DNA of 64,000 nucleotides, taken from assembly GCA_963710375.1 (NCBI GenBank), contig CAVPZX010000002.1:96001-160000 (forward strand). Direction: 5' to 3'. A program made the position numbers and the translations under genes. This stretch comes from Nitrospirota bacterium. GTDB lineage: Bacteria; Nitrospirota; Thermodesulfovibrionia; Thermodesulfovibrionales; Dissulfurispiraceae. The notes under the pieces are model-generated. The model had not been told where the DNA came from. It did not search any database and was given only the letters and a program-made list of their open reading frames with translations. Positions 53,086 to 62,981 of this stretch are shown here, in pieces (position 1 is the stretch's first letter; each line of letters starts with the position of its first letter).

Positions 53086-54509
53086 TTACGGTGACGTGAA
53101 TTCGATCCCTGCCGTCGCACTCTCCTCGCCCTTCGGAGTATCAAGGCTGGTGTGCTTGGTTTCCATGGAAAGCCAAAGGGCGATGAAGGTCAGGATCGAC
53201 AACCCAGACAGATAGAGCCCAACTGAGCCGACCCCGTGATTTTTTGCGAGCCAGACGGCGGCGAAGGGGGTCAAGGCGGCGCCGAGGATCGATGAAACAT
53301 TGTAGGCGATGCCGGAACCAGTGTAACGTACATTGGTCGGAAACAACTCCGGGAGAATGGCCGACATGGGGCCGAACGTCAGCCCCATGAGCGTCATCCC
53401 TATGCAGAGGAAGAACAACATGAGTCCCATGTTGGCGTTCTCACCCGTCCCCATGATACTGGGACTGAGGAATAGGTTGAACGTCAGGCCGAACAGTATG
53501 ATGGCGGCAGTAATCACCAGCAAGACGCTGCGGCGGCCGTACCGGTCCGCTAGCCAGCCGGACAGCGGGACCATTCCGGCAAAAAAGAGCACTGCCATGA
53601 GTTGGAGTACTAGAAAGTTGCGGTAGCCGATTCCGAGGAAGCCGAGTTCGGTCTTGCCGATGGCGTAGGAGAGAATCCAGGTGGTCATGAGGTAGAAGAG
53701 ACCATAGGTGGCCAGCATGATGAAGGTGCCGAGGACGAGTTCCTTCGGATTGTTCCGGAACACCACGCCGAGCGGCAACTTGAGTTTCTCCCCGCGGGCC
53801 ATGGCCCGCGCAAATACCGGGGTCTCATCAAGTTTGAGGCGTACGTAGAGCCCCACCGCCACCATTAAGAGGGACACGAGGAACGGGAGGCGCCAGCCCC
53901 ACGTCAGGAAGTCGTGGGTCAACTGTGCCTGGGCCGAGTTGTAGTTAAACATGACCGTAAGCAGCAGGAAAGAGCCGTTGGCCAGAATGAAGCCGAAGGG
54001 GGCGCCGAGCTCGGGGCCACATTGCGGCCCAGGCGCGTTTCCCTTCCTTGGCGGTTTCGGTAACCAACAGGGCCGCCCCCGACCACTCTCCCCCCAGCCC
54101 CAGCCCCTGGCAGAACCGGAGGACTGTCAGCAGTGCGGGAGCCAGAACGCCGATCCGCATGACGGTGGGCAGGAGGCCGATGAGGAACGTTGCGATCCCC
54201 ATGGTGAGGAGCGACCCGACCAGGGTGGCCTTCCGTCCGATCCGGTCGCCGAAGTGCCCGAAAAGAATAGAGCCGACCGGACGGGCCACAAAGGCGACCC
54301 CGAAGGTCGCCATGGATGCCAGCAGGGCCGCCCCCCGAGTCACTCTTCTGGAAGAAAAGGAGCGGGAAGACCGACACGGCAGCCGTGGCGTAGATGTAGA
54401 AGTCGTAGAACTCAATAGTCGTGCCGACCATGCTGGCCACGACGATCCGGCTGCGCGGTGCGCTGGGTTCGTCATCGGATTGTGCTGACTTCGGATTAAT
54501 ATTTGACAT
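53086..54509 (-). CDS. MFS metabolite:H+ symporter, MHS family (two apparent frameshifts near 54330 and 54012)
   Basis: GTTIEFYDFYIY, GHFGDRIGRK, QGLGLGGEWSGA, WGWRLPF, ELFPTNVRYTG across three frames; visibly GC-rich. Confidence 0.88.
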
Positions 54510-54656
54510 GATCACCCCCAGCAATTTCCAATCTGACTAAAGCAATCTCACGCAGAGCCGCAAAGAATGCAGAGTTGAACCAGACTATTAAGAACCAAAT
54601 GAAATGATAGGAGACAGGGCATTCATCTTCTCTTTCTTAAGAGACACTACACTATC

Positions 54657-55355
54657 TTATTTCTCATCCTTCTCCTCTATGGGCAGCAAAATATAATCAT
54701 CGCCTTCCCTGGCAACCTTGAAACCGAATTCATTGACCGATTCCGTCAAAGGCCTGCCGAGTATCAGGTCCAGCGCATCGCCGGGCAGATTGAACTTCTC
54801 CTGAAGAAAGGGGCGCAGATAAGTATCGTACTGAAGCATGTCCATTACCTCTTCAACAGCATCTTCATCCCCGCCTGCAAGTCGCTCAAATGCGCTGGAA
54901 AGCCTCTTGTACGAGCACTTTTCTTCGTGCCTCCCGATAATTTCCAGGAGTATATCGACACTATTAAAAAGTTCCTTTCTTCCAAGCGCGCTCTTTTCAA
55001 GCCCTCCGTAAAGGTCCATTGGCCGCCAGCATTCGTATTGCCTGCATTGAGACGGCCTGTTTTCGTATATACTGCATCCGTCATCGTTATAAAAGACGCA
55101 AACGGAGCCCTGCTCCTGGCTTCGTATCTTGATCAGCTCCATGAATGACTCATATATCTGACCGTCATTGTTAGATCGCACCAGCTCACCCTCTCTAATG
55201 GTAATAGTATTACCGTATGAAAGCACTCCTGAATCGAAAAGAGCCAGGTCTTCCTTCAGCAATGACGGGCTCGAACCCGTACAGCACTTGCCGCACCTTA
55301 TACAGGCTGTCCTCTTCTGCATATGCATTTTCTGCGGCTGACAATTTTTCTCCAT
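54657..55355 (-). CDS. YkgJ-family cysteine cluster protein
   Basis: CIRCGKCC, CVFY...CSIYENRPSQCRQY. Confidence 0.85.
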   Translation of the reverse strand: MEKNCQPQKMHMQKRTACIRCGKCCTGSSPSLLKEDLALFDSGVLSYGNTITIREGELVRSNNDGQIYESFMELIKIRSQEQGSVCVFYNDDGCSIYENRPSQCRQYECWRPMDLYGGLEKSALGRKELFNSVDILLEIIGRHEEKCSYKRLSSAFERLAGGDEDAVEEVMDMLQYDTYLRPFLQEKFNLPGDALDLILGRPLTESVNEFGFKVAREGDDYILLPIEEKDEK

Positions 55356-55383
55356 ATCCTAATCTCCTCCCTATATAAACGTC

Positions 55384-55442
55384 AGGTTTAGGTTTAGGCT
55401 AAGGGTTAGGTAGAGTCTTAACCTTAACCTTAACCTTTACCT
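55384..55442. repeat. Inverted hexamer tandem-repeat hairpin (AGGTTT / TAACCT)
   Basis: Same unit family as the element at 32787-32890. Confidence 0.78.
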
Positions 55443-56636
55443 TTTTTCTGTTTTATCCCGTTGTACCGCCTCGGCTATGAGTTCAACAATGTGTTTTATA
55501 TTCCGGCCCTTTATACTGCTTCTCAACTGGAGGATACAATTCGGGCAGGATGTTACAATCATATCGGCATCCTCATACCCCGCCATCCTCTTATCGAGAA
55601 GACCTTTTGAAATATCCGGATATAATATCCTAAATGTGCCGCCAAATCCACAGCATCCCTTTTCCGAATCAATGGGGTTGACCCCCATCAACCTGAGGAG
55701 TGCCCTGGGCTCATTATGCAAACCCAGACTGTAGATAGCGTGACAGGGGTCGTGATAGGCCACACGCAATGAATTCCCGCCTATATCCTTCTTTATTTCA
55801 GGCAACACGCCGCTGAAAAACTGGGTAACCTCCATGGCCTTCTCCACGCCGTCGCCGAGCAGCCTTTTGTATTCATCCCGCATAAAATAAACGCAGGTCG
55901 GACAGACTCCTATGACAGCTTCCACGCTCATTTTATTGAATACTTTTATGTTTCTCTCTGCCAGTTCAGCTGCATCCTGCTCATAACCAAGCCCGAGCAG
56001 CGGCGCGCCGCAACAGACTTCTCCTTTAGGTAGAACCACATCATAGTTCATGCCGTTTAAAATCGTTATAAGCGCGTTCCCGATATGAGGGTAGAGAAAA
56101 TTCACGGTACAACCTGCAAACACCGCAACCCTCCCCCTCGGTTTCGCCACCTTGAACAGAGACATGCCGTCCCTCAGAGCAGGGGCCGAAATATTTATGC
56201 CCATTTCATGCAACATTCTGAAATGCCGGAGTCTATGGACAGGCAGTATTTCCCCTATGCCCTCGAGAAATTTCAAAACTTTAAAGCCGGTGGATGCCCG
56301 TTTGAAAGCAAGCTTGGCGGCAATACCCAGAAACCTTCTTCTTTTGCCGGATATCCTGAGGCTGTTTCTCCCTTCGTATATGGCATCGGTAATCTTTATC
56401 CCGAGAGGACAAAGCGTATTGCACGCCCCGCAAAGCATACAGCTGAAGATTCTTTCGTCAAGTATTTCAGATGGTCCAAGTTCTCCCTCTATAAATTTTT
56501 TGAGCAGGACAACGCGCCCCCGGGCACTCATCCCCTCGGTGACATCCTCACCGTATGTTGGACACAATGCCTTACAACTGCCGCACCGAACACACTGCTC
56601 CAGTGACATTGCCTTTACGCTCAACTCATTAGTCAT
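55437..56636 (-). CDS. GlcF-like Fe-S oxidoreductase subunit (two 4Fe-4S motifs plus CCG domains)
   Basis: CVRCGSCKALCP, CMLCGACNTLCP, VCCG, YHDPCH, CCGFGG, TSCPNC. Confidence 0.88.
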   Translation of the reverse strand: MTNELSVKAMSLEQCVRCGSCKALCPTYGEDVTEGMSARGRVVLLKKFIEGELGPSEILDERIFSCMLCGACNTLCPLGIKITDAIYEGRNSLRISGKRRRFLGIAAKLAFKRASTGFKVLKFLEGIGEILPVHRLRHFRMLHEMGINISAPALRDGMSLFKVAKPRGRVAVFAGCTVNFLYPHIGNALITILNGMNYDVVLPKGEVCCGAPLLGLGYEQDAAELAERNIKVFNKMSVEAVIGVCPTCVYFMRDEYKRLLGDGVEKAMEVTQFFSGVLPEIKKDIGGNSLRVAYHDPCHAIYSLGLHNEPRALLRLMGVNPIDSEKGCCGFGGTFRILYPDISKGLLDKRMAGYEDADMIVTSCPNCILQLRSSIKGRNIKHIVELIAEAVQRDKTEKR

Positions 56637-57411
56637 TAAGTTTTCCGCTCCTGAAACCCTCAAGGTCGATACTCACATACTTAAAGCCCAGCGCTTTAAT
56701 ATGCTGAACAACCAACTCCCTCATCTCTATATCAATTAACCTGGGCAGCTCGGCCGCTTCAACCTCAATCTTTGCCATATCATTATAGCTCCGCACTCTC
56801 AGGTCGCCAAAACCAAGCCCTTTAATAAATGATTCGGCTGCCTCGACCCTCTTAAGTGCGTCTTTAGTAATCCGGATCCCGTAAGGGAAGCGCGATGAAA
56901 GACAGGGCGAAGCCGGTTTGGACCATGTCGGGAGCCCCATCTCTTTTGAAAGCGCCCGTATTTCATCTTTCGATAATCCTGCTTCCAAAAGTGGACTCCT
57001 CACTCCATGCTTAGCAGCAGCCTGCCTGCCGGGACGCCAGTCAGAAAGGTCGTCACAATTGCTGCCGTCAACAACGAACCGGTATTTTTCACCATGGGCA
57101 ATAACGGTAAGTCTTGAAAACAGTTCGTCCTTGCAGTAAAAACACCGGTTTTTGGGGTTGCTCGAGAAATCAGGATTGGACAGTTCATCCGTAGTGATCA
57201 CTCTATGCATAATATCGACTGTTTTTGCCAAAGCCACGGCGCTTTCCAGTTCAGCCCGGGGCATAGTTTCAGAATATGCGGTCACGGCAAGCGTGCATAT
57301 GCCGGACTCCTTCAGGGCCTTAAGGAGAAAAGTGCTGTCGACACCTCCAGAGAAAGCGAGCACAGCGGATTCGATTTCATGCAGGATAGATAAGAGTTTT
57401 TGATATTTCAT
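56629..57411 (-). CDS. larE: ATP-dependent sulfur transferase LarE
   Basis: AFSGGVDS PP-loop, RCFYCK, RPG, SPL, SPCLSSRFPYG, DLEGFRSG. Confidence 0.92.
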   Translation of the reverse strand: MKYQKLLSILHEIESAVLAFSGGVDSTFLLKALKESGICTLAVTAYSETMPRAELESAVALAKTVDIMHRVITTDELSNPDFSSNPKNRCFYCKDELFSRLTVIAHGEKYRFVVDGSNCDDLSDWRPGRQAAAKHGVRSPLLEAGLSKDEIRALSKEMGLPTWSKPASPCLSSRFPYGIRITKDALKRVEAAESFIKGLGFGDLRVRSYNDMAKIEVEAAELPRLIDIEMRELVVQHIKALGFKYVSIDLEGFRSGKLND

Positions 57412-58919
57412 TAAAGTATGGTGATTTCGTAATTCTCCTGGTGAAACCTTATGTCCTCTTTGATGATGAGCTGAATGCCATAGACATTTTCAATTTCCTC
57501 TATACCCTGACGCTCTTCGTAGGAAAGGATTTCGGCAACAGCAGGATTACCTTTGATCACGGCCACTGTACCGCGGGCCAGATTCATTTTCCTCACTTTT
57601 CTGAATATCTCATAAGTGACCGTCCTCGCCGATTTTACGAAACCCCTGCCTTCACAATACGGGCACTGTTCGCACAGCACTCGTCCAAGACTCTCACGCA
57701 CACGCTTTCTTGTCATCTGGATAATGCCGAGTTCGGAAATATTGTAAATAGTGTTTTTTGCCCTGTCTTTTTTCATCGCGTCCAGAAAAGCCTTAAAAAC
57801 CTTTTCCCGGTTCTCGAGTTTTTCCATATCGATGAAATCAGTGATTATAATGCCGCCAAGGTTCCTCAGCCTGATCTGGTACGCAATTTCCTTGACCGCC
57901 TCGAGGTTAGTTTTCAAAATTGTATCTTCAAGATTTTCTTTGCCAACAAACTTGCCTGTATTGACATCGATAACAGTCATCGCCTCGGTCTGGTCAATAA
58001 CGATATATCCTCCTGATTTGAGCCATACCCTCCTGCCGAGCGCCCTTGAAATATCAAGCTCCAGGCCGAAGGCGTCGAACATCGGCTCCCGCCCTTCATA
58101 TAGTTCTATCTTATCCATAAGCCGCGGGAAATAAGTCCTGGCGAATTCTTTCAAACGCTCGTATTCCTCGGCAGAGTCTATCACGAGCCTTTCCACATTA
58201 TGGCTCATAAAATCACGAACACTCCTGAATACCAGATCAAGGTCACTGTATAAAAGGCTCGGCGCAGAAACCTTTTCCTTCTTTTTTTGAATGCTGTCCC
58301 AAAGAAGGAGCAAAAACTCGAGATCGTGTCTGATCTCATCAGGGGTGGCATCCTCACATGCCGTCCTCATGATCAGACCGAACCCCTTGGGTTTGATCTC
58401 TGCAGCAATGTCTTTCAGCGAGGCCCGAACCTCTTCATCTTCAATACGCCGAGATATCCCGATATGTTCCACATTCGGCATAAGCACCACATATCTTCCA
58501 GGCAGCGTGACATATGAAGTGACCCGCGCTCCTTTGGTACCGATCGGGTCTTTCGATACCTGGACAAGGAGTTCCTGACCTTCCTGTATCAATTCCTCGA
58601 TAGGCAGCGATGCCGCTTTGAATTCGTTTGCAGCATATAAATCATGATATTCCGTCTCGCCGTAGAGAAATGCAGCATAATAATCTTCCGTGTCCCTCAT
58701 AATGTCGGCCACATAGAGAAAAGCGGCCTTTTCAAGCCCTATATCAATAAATGACGACTGCATACCGGGCAAAATTTTCAGGACCTTGCCTTTGTATATG
58801 TTTCCCACAAGACTCGTGTCCCTCTTCCTTTCTATGTACTGCTCAACAACCTGCCCTCCCTCAAGGAGGGCAACCCTGCTTTCCTCTCTCGTAACATTAA
58901 TTACCAGCTCCGATGTCAT
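57411..58919 (-). CDS. rng: Ribonuclease G (Rne/Rng family)
   Basis: GNIYKG, KDPIGTKGAR, IDVNTG, RLRNLGGII..DFIDM, CPYCEGRG. Confidence 0.93.
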   Translation of the reverse strand: MTSELVINVTREESRVALLEGGQVVEQYIERKRDTSLVGNIYKGKVLKILPGMQSSFIDIGLEKAAFLYVADIMRDTEDYYAAFLYGETEYHDLYAANEFKAASLPIEELIQEGQELLVQVSKDPIGTKGARVTSYVTLPGRYVVLMPNVEHIGISRRIEDEEVRASLKDIAAEIKPKGFGLIMRTACEDATPDEIRHDLEFLLLLWDSIQKKKEKVSAPSLLYSDLDLVFRSVRDFMSHNVERLVIDSAEEYERLKEFARTYFPRLMDKIELYEGREPMFDAFGLELDISRALGRRVWLKSGGYIVIDQTEAMTVIDVNTGKFVGKENLEDTILKTNLEAVKEIAYQIRLRNLGGIIITDFIDMEKLENREKVFKAFLDAMKKDRAKNTIYNISELGIIQMTRKRVRESLGRVLCEQCPYCEGRGFVKSARTVTYEIFRKVRKMNLARGTVAVIKGNPAVAEILSYEERQGIEEIENVYGIQLIIKEDIRFHQENYEITIL

Positions 58920-58961
58920 AGGCACTCCACTCCGCTCCTCTATATTTACCTTCATCTGCCT

Positions 58962-61538
58962 TTATAGCGGCTCTACCCAGCCGTCCTTCCAGCCATATAG
59001 CGCATTCCTTACAATATCCATTTCTCTGAAGCTTCCGCCGAAAAGCGCTTCGGCAACTTCCCCGATCCTTGCCTTTATTGGACCATTATCTATAAGTATA
59101 AGGCTGATATCCATGTTGCCGCAATCATCCCCGGCCACTCCAGCCCAAGAAATCTCCGATTTTCCGGGGACCGCTATAGCAACTCGTTCAATGCACGGGG
59201 CTATATCGACTTCCCTCTCGTCTCTCCGTACAATAAGCGGGGGGAGTTCCCTGCTGACAGCAGAAGAGAAAGATGCTTCCAAAAAAGCCTTCCCCCTTCC
59301 GTCCCTCAAAGCCTCCGCCCTGACACCTTTAATAGTATATGCATACCGGGTGATAAAAGTGCTGAGAGAAGGCTCCTTGTACGTTATAACCGCCATTTTG
59401 CCTATCCTGATCTCCTCAGGCATAGACCTGTTTATCTCTCCCTCATAAAATTCTATATCAAAAGGACTGAAAACCTCCATATCAAAATATTCCCGTTCTC
59501 CGGCGATGCCGACGCTGAGGGACGGGCCAAAAGCAACTCGTGGCACCGGGTGGAATCCCTTTGAAAAGTCGAACAAGACGCCGGCTCTCCGCAGGCCTCG
59601 AAGCACTGCGGTTGCCACTTCAAGATGGGACAGATAACGGAGCCTTCCGATTTTGGTGAATTGTACCCTGACCCGTATTTTTGGAAGCGGCGAATCCCGA
59701 CGAGCCTCCGTGACCCCGTGACCCCGTGTCTCCGTTTCCCCCTTTCGCAGTGTCTCCGGCTCACTGCTGCATTGCAATCCGCATGCGGAGCACTCCTCCC
59801 TGCAGCCGGGGGTCCTGACTTCCGATAAGGCGTGCTCGTATTCAGTGTAAAGAAAATCTTTCTTTATCCCGGTGTCTATGGCGTCCCAAGGAAGCCGATC
59901 ATCTCTTTTAAAACTTCTTTCCGAGTATGCTGCGCCATCAATCCCTGTTTTGTCCATTGCATCAGACCATGCGGAAAAATTGAAATGCTCAGACCAGCCG
60001 TCAAGCCGGCATCCGGCCTCCCATGCCTTCTCAATCAGCTGAGACAAATTTTCATCACCACGGGCAAATACCGCTTCCAGAAAACTCATCCGTTCGTCAT
60101 GCCCCTTAAACTTGAGTTTCCTACTGTTCAAAGATTCTTTCAGGTAGCGCAACTTCCTCCGCATTTCATCAAGGCTTATCTGTCCATACCACTGAAAAGG
60201 AGTGTGGGCCTTTGGCACAAAAGGAGAGACGGTAACTCCGATATTCACGAATTTGCCCGTATTCCTTTTAGCGATCTTCATTGCAGCGCCCGCCATTGCT
60301 CCTATTGCTTCTATATCCTCATCCCGCTCAGTAGGAAGCCCTGCCATAAAATAAAGCTTGAGCGTATGCCATCCTTCTTCGAAAAGCGCTTTAAGCGCCC
60401 GCTCATAATCATCATCAGTAAAATCTTTGTTGATGACACCCCGCAGACGCTCGGTAGCAGCTTCAGGGGCGATAGTAAAGCCGGTCTTTCTTACCGAGCG
60501 TATTTCTTTGAGTACAGACCGGTCAATGGCCTTGACCCTCAAAGACGGCAGTGAGAGGGCAATCCTTGCGCTGCCGAACTTCCTGTTGAATTCTTTTATT
60601 ACCGGCAACAGGCAGGTATAATCACCGGCGCTCAACGAAGTGAGCGAGACTTCTTCATAGCCTGTGTTGGCCAACGATTCCCTGGCAATCCTTAATACCG
60701 TCTCCGGACTCCGTTCCCTTAAGGGGCGGTAAATCATTCCGGCCTGGCAAAATCTGCATCCCATGGGGCATCCACGTGAAACCTCAATAGAAATCCTGTC
60801 ATGAACAATGGAGGTATAAGGGACCACAGGTTTTACCGGATAAACTGCTGCGTCAAGATCGTCGATAAATTGTCTGCGTATCCTGTGTTCAGGGCCGTGT
60901 ATAAGCGGCACATAGAACCCTTCGAGCGCAGCTATTTCCTGCAATACGGTCTCGCGCCTTTCGTCCCCTTCCATTTTCCAGCGATACAGCACATGCGCCA
61001 GCTCGACTACGGCAGCCTCTCCATCACCAATAAGAAATGCATCAATAAAAGGGCTCATCGGCGCCGGGTTAACAGTGCACGGCCCGCCGGCAATGACAAG
61101 CGGCAGGTGTCCTTTTACCTCCATTCTCTCTGCCGTACGCAGCGGGATGCCGCCCAGGGCAAGCATATTCAAAACAGTTGTATACGACAACTCATACTGC
61201 AAACTGAATCCCACTATGTCGAACTTCCTGATCGGTAAGCGCGATTCAAGTGCGGAAAGCAGCAGTGACGAACTCCTCATATGAGACTCAAGATCAGGCC
61301 AGGGCGCAAAACAGCGTTCTGCGGATGCGAAGGTCAGTTTATTGATAATGTCATACAGTATTTTCAGTCCCAGATGCGACATGCCGACTTCGTAAGTATC
61401 AGGGAATGCCAATACAAACCGGGCCGATGCTTTGCCGGCCGCCTCTCCGGCTTTTGCATCAACAGACCAGGTAGGTTCGATTGCATTGTGCTCGCTGTTA
61501 ATATAACGGCTAGGCTTTTGGAAGAAAGAAAGGGTCAC
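58962..61538 (-). CDS. B12-binding radical SAM protein (TIGR03960-like) fused to a DUF2344-like domain
   Basis: FPDTYEVGMSHLG, RGCPMGCRFCQAG, PKAHTPFQW; C-terminal K.GRLRYLSHLE, SKGFHP; usual neighbour of rng. Confidence 0.88.
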   Translation of the reverse strand: MTLSFFQKPSRYINSEHNAIEPTWSVDAKAGEAAGKASARFVLAFPDTYEVGMSHLGLKILYDIINKLTFASAERCFAPWPDLESHMRSSSLLLSALESRLPIRKFDIVGFSLQYELSYTTVLNMLALGGIPLRTAERMEVKGHLPLVIAGGPCTVNPAPMSPFIDAFLIGDGEAAVVELAHVLYRWKMEGDERRETVLQEIAALEGFYVPLIHGPEHRIRRQFIDDLDAAVYPVKPVVPYTSIVHDRISIEVSRGCPMGCRFCQAGMIYRPLRERSPETVLRIARESLANTGYEEVSLTSLSAGDYTCLLPVIKEFNRKFGSARIALSLPSLRVKAIDRSVLKEIRSVRKTGFTIAPEAATERLRGVINKDFTDDDYERALKALFEEGWHTLKLYFMAGLPTERDEDIEAIGAMAGAAMKIAKRNTGKFVNIGVTVSPFVPKAHTPFQWYGQISLDEMRRKLRYLKESLNSRKLKFKGHDERMSFLEAVFARGDENLSQLIEKAWEAGCRLDGWSEHFNFSAWSDAMDKTGIDGAAYSERSFKRDDRLPWDAIDTGIKKDFLYTEYEHALSEVRTPGCREECSACGLQCSSEPETLRKGETETRGHGVTEARRDSPLPKIRVRVQFTKIGRLRYLSHLEVATAVLRGLRRAGVLFDFSKGFHPVPRVAFGPSLSVGIAGEREYFDMEVFSPFDIEFYEGEINRSMPEEIRIGKMAVITYKEPSLSTFITRYAYTIKGVRAEALRDGRGKAFLEASFSSAVSRELPPLIVRRDEREVDIAPCIERVAIAVPGKSEISWAGVAGDDCGNMDISLILIDNGPIKARIGEVAEALFGGSFREMDIVRNALYGWKDGWVEPL

Positions 61539-61590
61539 TACTTAAAATACCATCTGAGAGGAAGTTAGGGCAAGAAACCTGGACATCAGG

Positions 61591-61785
61591 TAGCCCACAT
61601 TATTCATAAATTTATACGAGGCGCAGGCGGGACATGGTGCTGAGCGGACTTTGACAGCCTAAGGGACACCAAGGATGGTGACACAGGCTGTCATAGCCTC
61701 GGAGCAAGGCTGGACGCCTTGCGAGAATGAGTGAAGCACTATGGCCTGACTGCGTCTCGTATAAATTTATGAATAATGTGTGTTA
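61591..61785. mobile_element. MITE-like element with long terminal inverted repeats
   Basis: Perfect 25-bp IR CACATTATTCATAAATTTATACGAG (61596-61620 / 61756-61780) that extends imperfectly; TA at both ends; no ORF. Confidence 0.7.
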
Positions 61786-61820
61786 GTTGTTGTTAACTGC
61801 GCTGTGTTAAAATAAGGGTT

Positions 61821-62660
61821 ATGAACAGATATTTCTTCTATTCTGTGCTATTCCATACCGCGCTCCTTATACTGGTTTTATTCATAATTCACCCTAAAGT
61901 CGTGAAGAAGCCTGCGCCATTTGTTGCAACTATTGTTACTCCCGAAGAGCTTCAGGCAAAAACTCCCATTCAAGTGCCGCGGGGAAAAGAGTCAACTCGA
62001 GTACAGCAAATGCCGAGGCTGCCGAAAAATTTACCGCCGCCGGAAAAATTTTCGGCACTTCCTTCATCCCATGCACCGGCAGTGAAAGCCCGCTCAGGAG
62101 GCACGGTCCGGACCCCTGAGGCAAGCACCCCACAGAGCAGCGCCGTTGAACCCACACCCGGTCAGGTGCAAGGCCTGGCAGAGGAGGGGAAGAGAGCGCT
62201 CATAAGAAATGGAATCTCTTCTCAAAGGGGTCCGAGTGGCCCTTCTGCCATGACAACGCGGGAAAAACTTTTCGACAGGGATATCATTGCCAAGTTAACG
62301 CCGAAGAGTGAAAAGTCTGAGGACGACAATGGCATTACCTTCGATACTAAGGAATACAAATATTACGGGTATATGCAGCGCCTGCGCGACAGGATAGAAG
62401 CGGTATGGAGGTATCCGGCTGAAGCCGGGGTAAGAAGACTTAACGGTGAACTCTATATTCGATTTACAATTAAAAAAGACGGCAGACTCGGTGCGGTGGA
62501 ACTTGTGCATACTTCGGGATATAAAATCCTGGACGATGCAGCGATCATGGCATTAAAAGATGCCGATCCTTACTGGCCTCTCCCCGATAGCTGGAACCAG
62601 GATTCACTAACCATTACCGGGCATTTCATTTATTACTATCAGAACACATATATACGGTAA
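61821..62660 (+). CDS. TonB-family energy transducer
   Basis: S...H TM motif, Pro-rich linker, W.YP..A, SG..ILD.AA..A. Confidence 0.85.
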   Translation: MNRYFFYSVLFHTALLILVLFIIHPKVVKKPAPFVATIVTPEELQAKTPIQVPRGKESTRVQQMPRLPKNLPPPEKFSALPSSHAPAVKARSGGTVRTPEASTPQSSAVEPTPGQVQGLAEEGKRALIRNGISSQRGPSGPSAMTTREKLFDRDIIAKLTPKSEKSEDDNGITFDTKEYKYYGYMQRLRDRIEAVWRYPAEAGVRRLNGELYIRFTIKKDGRLGAVELVHTSGYKILDDAAIMALKDADPYWPLPDSWNQDSLTITGHFIYYYQNTYIR

Positions 62661-62688
62661 TTCAGAATTACTTTGTTATAATTATTGT

Positions 62689-62919
62689 ATGAAATGCAGA
62701 TTATATTTGAGAGTGGGTGACAGGGTCGTCCACACCAAATACTCCCTCTGGGGACCAGGTGAGGTTGTTGAAGAAAAACACTCGGAATTGCCTGGAGGAT
62801 TTTGCCTTGTGAGGATACTTTTTGAAGATGGACAGGAACGTTCCTTTATTAACGACCTCAACAATGAACTCTGCTGTTATTTCGCCGGCATAAGGTTCAT
62901 TGATAATTACGAATTATGA
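62689..62919 (+). CDS. Small SH3-like (DUF3553-like) protein
   Basis: VGDRVVH....WGPGEV...VRILFEDG. Confidence 0.65.
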   Translation: MKCRLYLRVGDRVVHTKYSLWGPGEVVEEKHSELPGGFCLVRILFEDGQERSFINDLNNELCCYFAGIRFIDNYEL

Positions 62920-62977
62920 ATTATGAATTATGAATTATTTTTTGCAATTCCTAATTCCTAATTCTTAATTTGTAATT
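62905..62977. repeat. Inverted heptamer tandem-repeat hairpin (GAATTAT / AATTCCT)
   Basis: Between convergent genes; same unit family as the element at 38774-38862. Confidence 0.8.
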
Positions 62978-62981
62978 GCCT

